From positions 83,206,001 to 83,270,000 of the forward strand of contig NW_024704743.1 in NCBI RefSeq assembly GCF_018977255.1: a stretch of 64,000 bases of DNA, given 5' to 3'. A model generated the notes under the pieces. That model had not been told where the DNA came from. It saw only the letters and a list, made by a program, of their open reading frames with translations, and ran no database searches. Origin of the DNA: Callorhinchus milii (Eukaryota). A program made the translations under genes and the position numbers. Below, piece after piece: positions 56,447 through 64,000 of this stretch. Numbering within the stretch: the first letter of the stretch is position 1; each line of letters starts with the position of its first letter.

Positions 56447-59213
56447 TTAGCTTACAGTCCACGTTGGCTCTCCATGGCTAGTACTGGAGGAGAGCTGTGT
56501 TGTCAGTGGTCAAGACATCAAATGCAAGGATTATTATTGATAAACTGAAGTACTGAGATAAAATTGGTCATTCACTTCATGGCTGCTTGGGGGACATTGC
56601 TGTGGCAAATTAGATGCCACATTTGTCTACAAAATCCACAGGCAGTGTACAGTAAATCTTGTGAAGCGCTTTGAGCTCTCTTCCCGATGTGAGAGATGAT
56701 GTTATAAAATGCAAGGATTGTACAGTATTCACCTTTTGGCTATTTGTGGCACTTTGCTGTTGCGCGTGGCTGCTGCATTTGCCTGCCAAAACTAGACACT
56801 GCCCTTAACAACAACTACCGTGAGGCACTTTGATGCGATCCAAGGATACAAAAATGAACGTTCTGTCTCTTTATGGAGAGGAGAGTTGAAAACGAGAGAA
56901 AATTGTGGAGAAAAGATGCACTGCGTGGATTTCTCTCAGCTCCTTGGGTTAAATCAGAATGCTGAATCGGAGTTAGCTGTTTGAACCTGTTTGTAAATAG
57001 GTGAACCCTTTCAGGAACAGGTAGAAAATCATTCTCCAGTTCACCCAGTTGGTGCCACCCTTGGATTATTTTATAACAAGGACTCACACCTAGCCAATTG
57101 CCGGTCAATGTTCAATATGCTTATAGAATAGATAATGATTCGGAGAAAGGAAATCTACAAAGGAGAGTAACTGGAAATGGCACGTGGATAGAAATGAATC
57201 TCTAACTTAGCTGGGGGTGGGAGATATTGGCTCTGAAGCTTGTTAATTACAAAATGCATTAATATTTTATTAGCCCCTTATCAGTAATTAATCAACCACT
57301 TTGATGTAAAGTTCAACTTACAAAAGCGCCAGGAAATTGTCCCTCAGAAATTAGCTGACTTTCAGCAATAGGTTGAAATTCACAAGATTCGGGTTAAGCC
57401 CTTGAAGTATTTAGAAGTTTTTTTTAAAAAAAGCAATAGATACCGTGAAAGGACCTTTGCACATAAACCTGTGCTAACACTCTTCAGGTGCAAGATTCAA
57501 ATAAAAATGCAAAGCAGAATGCTCTTGTACAGTAAATATTATCATCTTTATTCACTCATTAATTAAGTTGCTTAATTGCGGCTGTCAAAAGACCCTTGAG
57601 TTTGCAATTGGGGTTGTTGCGCTGGCTTGATTCTGGCTGGTGGAGAAATGTGACTACATTTGCTCTACGTCTAGCAAAATGAGAGACATGTTCACACGCA
57701 CACACACAGCACGCGCCATGCACACACACATGCATACACATGCCAAAGCTTGCGCTTCTTCCGAAGCTCTTCATAAAGAACCAGTGGAGTTTACACAAGG
57801 AAAATCATTTACAATAAAAAACAAAACGACCAATTTTATGAAACCCATCACATTTTATTTCATTGGCTGATTGATATGCCTTCAGCTGTGTATTATCATT
57901 TTAGTCACCCATCTAACCGTTGCTGTATGAAATCCATTTTTATGCAAAGTAGCCCTTTTTAATGTAGTTCCCATGAGGGCTTGTTTAATGGAAATAGACT
58001 CAGCCTTTGTCAGTCTTCTCCATTATAAATATTTTTACTTTTCATTTTACAGGATTGTATTATTTGTGTGCTTTTATTTTCTTGTCTTGTGCTTTTATTG
58101 CTATAGGAATCCTTTAGGAACCTTGTACTTTGAAAACGGGCATTCACCCCCCCATCCCCCCTTTACTACAAGAAGCAAAGGCTGCCCAGTGACTGAACTT
58201 ACATATGTAGCTACAAATGGCAGCAGTAGGGGTCAGATTGCTCGCTTGATGCTAAGCTCTGTTGTTGAAGTAAGGTGACTAGAGGCCTCCCAAACCTCAC
58301 TGAGGCCCTATAGTTCACACTTTAATGTTTGTCTGGGTTGAGGCAAAGGTCAGTGGGTGAAACAAAGTTCAGCAAGAAGTTGACTGATGGCTGCGGTAGG
58401 ATGTCTAGACCCGGGAAAAGTCACTGGAGGTTCAGGCTGCCTGTGGAAATGCTCCCAGCATTGATGAATTGGCCTGTGCCCCTTTGGACAGACTGGCAGT
58501 ACTTGTTCATTTGCACGGCTGAAATACAGTCTTTTAAACAGATGTGCTGCCAGGTTAGCTGCTAAAGACCAGCAGCCACCCAGTGTGAAAAACTGTTGTA
58601 CCTGGAAGATAAATTAAAGCTAGTGAGAGTGGCTGGAATTACTGTCTTTTTTCTATATTACTGTAGAAAATAAATTAATAATTGAATCTGCTACTTCGGC
58701 TGAAGATTGACTCTTTCCTGTGGAAAAATAAGAAGCAAAAATCTTTTGAATAATTAAAATGTTGATTAAATAAAGAGCGGGGCTCAGAGCACACTGTTTC
58801 CAGTCCATACCTGTCGGCTTTCTGCTGGGCCCTACTTGTTTTGAAGATGAAGGTTTACACTGGGATGTGGCAGGAGCTAAAAATATCAACGTGCAGTGTA
58901 CGTGCTGGTGCAGTGATGGAACACTTGCGTTGTGCCTCTGTGGCTCCAGAGTTTGTGTCAGTGCTGAAACATAGAGCAGAGGTCTGACGGGTGATGTGAT
59001 TGTCACTGCTTCTTGTTCTTTGCATCGTTCCACCTCCTCGACTGAGGAAGAGGGAGGCGAAGGAGGAGGAGGGAGTGTTGGCAATGTTCATTTAGGGTTA
59101 TAGGATTATAATTACAGTGCCCCTCCTTCTGCTACAAATGCACGTTTACGTTAAACTGGCAACTACGTAGAGCAGAATTCCATTATAACATTGTGAAATT
59201 GTGTGTCATTGTG

Positions 59214-59495
59214 TGTCAGTCTGGCTTAGTGGTAGCACTCCTGCCTCTGAGTCAGAAAGTTGTGTGTTCAAACCCATCAGAGGGACATGGAACTCATAGA
59301 GTCTAAGATGATGCTCAAATGCAGTGCTGGGGGGATGTTACAGCATAGGAGGCACCGTCCTTCAGATGAGACTTTAAATCAAGGTGCGGTCTGCCTGTTC
59401 AGGTGGACTTTAAAAGATCCCATGGCACTATTCGAAAACAGAAGGCAGTTTCACCTGGTGTCCTGACCGACAATCTCCTCAAAATAAAATTAGTA
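59214..59495 (+). mobile_element. Deu-domain SINE 5' and central part
   Basis: gtcagtctggcttagtggtagcactcctgcctctgagtcagaaagttgtgtgttcaaaccc..gtctgcctgttcaggtggactttaaaagatcccatggcactattcgaa. Confidence 0.85.
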
Positions 59496-60153
59496 GCCAT
59501 GTTAATGCTGTGTCTATTGAAGTCATACATAGAGGCAAAGGGGTGTCACAGCGAAGGTCTACTTAATCTTCACCCCATCCTGTCGTCCCCCAACATTGTA
59601 CTCACTGCAGGTTTGTGATCTGCACTGAGTTAACTGATCTCAACCCAGAGGTCTAGAGGCACTTACAAATTTGCAACTGTTTGCCTACAAAATACACCAT
59701 TCACAACACTATTGTAAATCCTGTGAAGCGCTTTGAGACATTTCAATGACATGATAAGACACTATAACTTATTATTATTATTTTACAATTGAAGGGAGTT
59801 TCGTCTGGTGTCCTGGCAAAGAATTCAAAGATAAGATTGTTTCCTTGGATAAGTTCCTGGATGGATGACTAATACCAATGACCGTCCATCCCCATCATGG
59901 AGTGAGCACCTACAGAAGAGTAAACGAGACAAAAGGGGGAGAAAATGACCAGAGGCAACAGCTAGACTGGAGTGTGGTTTTGCATCAGAGTCGTAACCCA
60001 CTTGTGGAATTCCAGAGGTAGTCAGCAAACCACCAAAACAAAGTGTTATAATTCCCCCGAGATTATTTAAAACTGCTAATTCATTCCCTCTCCACCACTT
60101 CCCAGACTGTCCCTTCCCGCCTCAGACAGTTGCATGTCACATGGCAGGTTTGT

Positions 60154-60472
60154 GGAGTCCTGTAGCTCAGTGGTTAGAACACTCGCTTTGCAAGCGAGAC
60201 ACCTGGGTTCAGTTCCAGGCAGAGGAAACCTTGGGCAAGTTTCCTTACTCCACACGTCTAATAATAATCCCTCCAAAAAAACACAGTAATAAATTGGGTC
60301 ATTTTCAATCCACGACTGTTTGTGGGACACTGCTGTGCGCAATTGGCTGCCGCGTTTCGCTCACAAATATACGGTCAATTCACTTTACAGTCTATTCTGT
60401 GAAACGCTTTGAGATGTCTAGAAGACGTGAAAAGCGCTATATCAAATGCAAGGATTATTATTATTTTATTAT
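60154..60472 (+). mobile_element. tRNA-Ala SINE, short subfamily, full length
   Basis: ggagtcctgtagctcagtggttagaacactcgctttgcaagcgagacacctgggttcagttcc...gcaaggattattattat. Confidence 0.93.
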
Positions 60473-62877
60473 GAAGGAGAGGAGGTGACATCAATACATC
60501 GACAGTCAGCATCAAACACCTAAACTACATGGTTTTGTGTGACCAGAAGGGCCACCGCTGCAGAAATAGCACCACTAAGTTCTGGTTACAAAATAACCCA
60601 GATACTGTGCATCTGTTGTGTCCTGTGACAGAACTTCATAAATATTTACAAAAGCTTTGAGATTTCCATACGGCGATAAAAAAAATAAAATCATACCTGT
60701 TTAAGTGGCAGCACAGCAGCTTTGACTTGCATGGGTCAGGTAGGGTAGCCTCTATCTGGTATTAAAACAAGCAAAATGCCTTTTATTGCTCATTCTCCTT
60801 TGTGTGCAAAATGGCTCTGCTCCGATTTAAGCAGAGCTTACATTAAGCAGCTGGTTACCACTTTAAAATGGGTCTTTTACCGAATTGAGAAAATAGATGA
60901 GCCTTTTATTGTAGGATGTCTGCCTTTCTGTTCTGTGTTTTGAATTGTATGATAGCTTTCGGGAGTGTATATTTGTTCCCCATGACAACTTTACCCATTG
61001 TTAATGGGTAGAAACATCAGCTCGAACAGAGCTTTTAGAGTAATCACCTGCAAATGCTTTCCAGATATGATTGCTGGTGTGACTGACAAATAAATTGCAT
61101 TTCTCTGTAGCCAAGTGTCTTACTGTAGGAACCTTTATATTTTTTTGTACGTCTGTCATAAAAACAGATTTACTCACCAAATGACTTGCTGTGCAACGCA
61201 GTCTGTTCCTTAATTTAGTTAAAAACTTATGACTTCTGCCCGTTTATTCTGGTGTTTACTATAATTTTTAAATTGCTGTGAAATGCTACTGTATCCAATA
61301 TTGTACACAGATTTTCCCTTAAACATGTGACATGTTTGGGTAAGAGGAATGACTTTAGGTTTGTACTGACTTGTTGCTCACTTTACGTAATGAACTGCAC
61401 ACATTTAGACACACAAAAGACAGGAAGGTGCAGAATTATTATGTTTTGGTCAGTTAGACATTTGACACACGCGGGAACTCATCACCATATTTGAGAATGT
61501 CCAAATAGGCTGCTCAGAGCTACACATATGCATGGAAATTTTCCTTTGTTTGCAATGCAGTGGACGTCTCTCTCCTCTGAGGCACACATCCTTATCACCT
61601 AATCCCGGAAAATATTAGGCTCAGGTTGACAAGAGCCAGGGTTTAGGTAGCGACCCCAGAGTGTGCATTTGGTTACTGCTGGAATTGAATCGGCGAACAC
61701 TTGACTAATAAGCTTTTCGGTGCCTGTCCATCTTCGTTGATTTGTGGGTTTAACACAGAGGTTTTTTTTAGTAAACCAGGGACAGACTGACTGTGGCAAA
61801 GAGCAAAGAGCATAAACAAGGAAAGAGTTATTTGCTCACTGAGATCCATTGTTCCAGTTAATTCGGAATTTGTGTCATTGATACCAAAATTGTTAAACTA
61901 CATGAGTGATCTCAGATTTATTACTGAACAACAATTATAAACTCCAGCCCAAATGCTGTGAATTTGTTAAGTCTTGTATCTTTTCAAGTTATGGATACCT
62001 TCAGTAAACATTTTGCTCTCATCAATGCAGGGAACACCGGTACTGGAGAATGGACCGTGTTTCCATCTGGAGTATCGGGTGTCAGCACCAAATGGTTTCA
62101 GGTCAGTTATAGCACGAACAAGCGAAGAGCAAAGCTCTCTCTCTCTGCTCTGCTGCAGCAATGTGCTTGCTTTCATCCCAGTCTTAGAGGAGCACCTCTA
62201 TTGCACTCCCATTGCTCAGCGACATGTTGATTTCTCACATCAACTCTCTGAGTGATTTGTGGCAGATTATATGCCATTTTGCACGTACCTTCACCCAGGA
62301 CTTGTGTTGAAAATGCCCATCTCATTTCACAGAGGTGCCTGACAGCCAGCACAGAGGAAGCTTTCATCCCATCATTCTGGATCCCATCATTTGAACCCAG
62401 GTCGCAGAGATGACCAGACTATGTGCCAGCCCGCTATACCACCCAGCCAGTCCAATTAATTTTAAGTGAACTTAAAGCTGATGCTTTTCATTTTGGCGTT
62501 GCTCACACTCCAGCCTGTCAATCATGATGCCGTCTATGTCAAGGGATCACAAAAAACATTATTTTAATCTTTTAACCCAAATGTAGCTTCACGTTCCAAA
62601 TATCTTCATGTTCCAAATATCTGGGCCAACCTCTTCAACAAAAATTCTCTGAAGCAGCACCAGCTTCAAAGAACATCAAATATTTTAAAAATCCACCTTT
62701 TTGTATGATTGAAGCAGCAATTTTTTATAAACTTTTTTTTAATGATTAATAAGTGAACCTGTGCCAGTGTTTGCTTGCCCACATTCTGTGCTAGTGATCA
62801 GATGGTCACTGGATCGCAACAAAGGTTCAGATGGACAGGGTCCTTTGACTTTGAATTTCATCGTTCCAGAATTCAGG

Positions 62878-63095
62878 TGTCAGCCTGGCTCAGTTGGTAG
62901 CACTCTTGACTCTGAGTCAGATGTTTGTGGGTTCAAGCCATACATCAGGACTTTGAACTCATATAATCTAGGCTAACGTGTCAGTGGGGGAAGCACTGCA
63001 TTTTCGGAGGTCCTTTGGATGAGATGTTAAATAGAGAACCCATCTGCCTGTACAGGTGTATATTAAAGATCCCATGACATTATTTGAAAAATAAG
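62878..63095 (+). mobile_element. Deu-domain SINE 5' and central part
   Basis: gtcagcctggctcagttggtagcactcttgactctgagtcaga..gggttcaagcc..ggatgagatgttaaa..aaagatcccatgacattatttgaa. Confidence 0.82.
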
Positions 63096-63761
63096 CAGTA
63101 GGGTAACAGTGGCACAGCTCAGAGCAGATAAAAGAGTACTGAATTCCTTACTCTGCTATGATCTGTGCCAGTATTACCCTACTCCTCAGCCTACCCCCCC
63201 AGCTTGAGCCAGCATTGAGCTAGTATAGCTTAATGAGGAATCAGAGTCCTGCAAATGGGAACTTTGATGGGTAAGCATGTCAGAGCTGGAGTCTTGGTTG
63301 CTGCGAATATATGAGTCTTAGTGAATATCCTATCTGTAAAATACTAAAAGATAATGTGTCAATTTCATGGGATTTCTTACTGGAATTTCTTATTTAAGAA
63401 ATTTAAAGCCATGGCGCTGTTTGTAGGAAGGTTGTTAGAACTTGACCTTTTTCAGAGTAGGCTTCCCATGAGTCAGCATGACACGTGTGATGTACGTCCG
63501 GTTACCAGGAGGAATTCCCACTAGCCATTAAGAAACACCACAAAATTGACTGTGAGGATAAAAGAAGATAAACAGGCTCTTTTAATTGAACTGCAATAAA
63601 CTGGGGGATACAAATACAAAAAACAATGGTCTCGGATCAACTATATATGAGAAGAAATATACTTTCTTGCACAAAATAAAGTGGAAGCTCCTTCAGAATT
63701 GAGCCGGGTAGTTACCTGGTTACGAATGATTTGAATTTTGGAAGGATCAATCGATAATAAT

Positions 63762-64000
63762 GAATAATAATCCTTGCATTTAATATAGGGTTTTATCACG
63801 TTTTTCAGACGTCTCAAAGCGCTTCACAGAATATATTGTAACTGTGTATTTGTAGGCGAAACGCGGCAGCCAATTGCGCATAGCAGTGTCCCACAAACAG
63901 TTGTGGATTGAGAGACCAGTTTTTTTAAAAGATTATTAGCACTGGAAATACGATCCACCAATCGATTAACAACCTGATTCCTACTTACTGCTAGGTAAAG
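63762..64000 (-). mobile_element. tRNA-derived SINE, long subfamily, runs off the window end
   Basis: Family tail and body, then aatcgattaacaacctgattcctacttactgctaggtaaa, the long-subfamily central block. Confidence 0.88.

Noticed and set aside
58653..59091. 143 aa minus-strand ORF with a proline-rich start
   Set aside because: Non-ATG start, begins in a (CCT)n low-complexity tract, runs into AT-rich sequence, no recognisable domain.

Overview
Vertebrate genomic DNA, most likely a cartilaginous fish and possibly a chimaera; this is inferred from the repeat landscape (Deu-domain SINEs, L2, CR1, Penelope-type remnants). The only recognisable gene is a teashirt (TSHZ) family zinc-finger/homeodomain gene on the + strand. 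Its large coding exon runs from a phase-1 acceptor at 22141/22142 to TAG at 25243; exon 1 is not in the window. As assembled, the exon carries two single-base deletions (about 22243 and about 24771), so it is either mis-assembled or a young pseudogene. The protein is TSHZ1-like but has mixed paralog-diagnostic residues and could be a fourth TSHZ ohnolog. A consensus donor lies 7 nt after the stop. A decayed ~130 bp copy of part of the coding exon sits in the upstream intron between 8 bp direct repeats, near three other short local duplications. The rest is intron or gene desert with candidate conserved enhancers and a chimeric tRNA-Ala SINE family (long and short subfamilies, L2-type tail) with several nested insertions. 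No rRNA, real tRNA, CRISPR array or prokaryotic system was seen. All family names come from recalled consensus sequences, not database searches.
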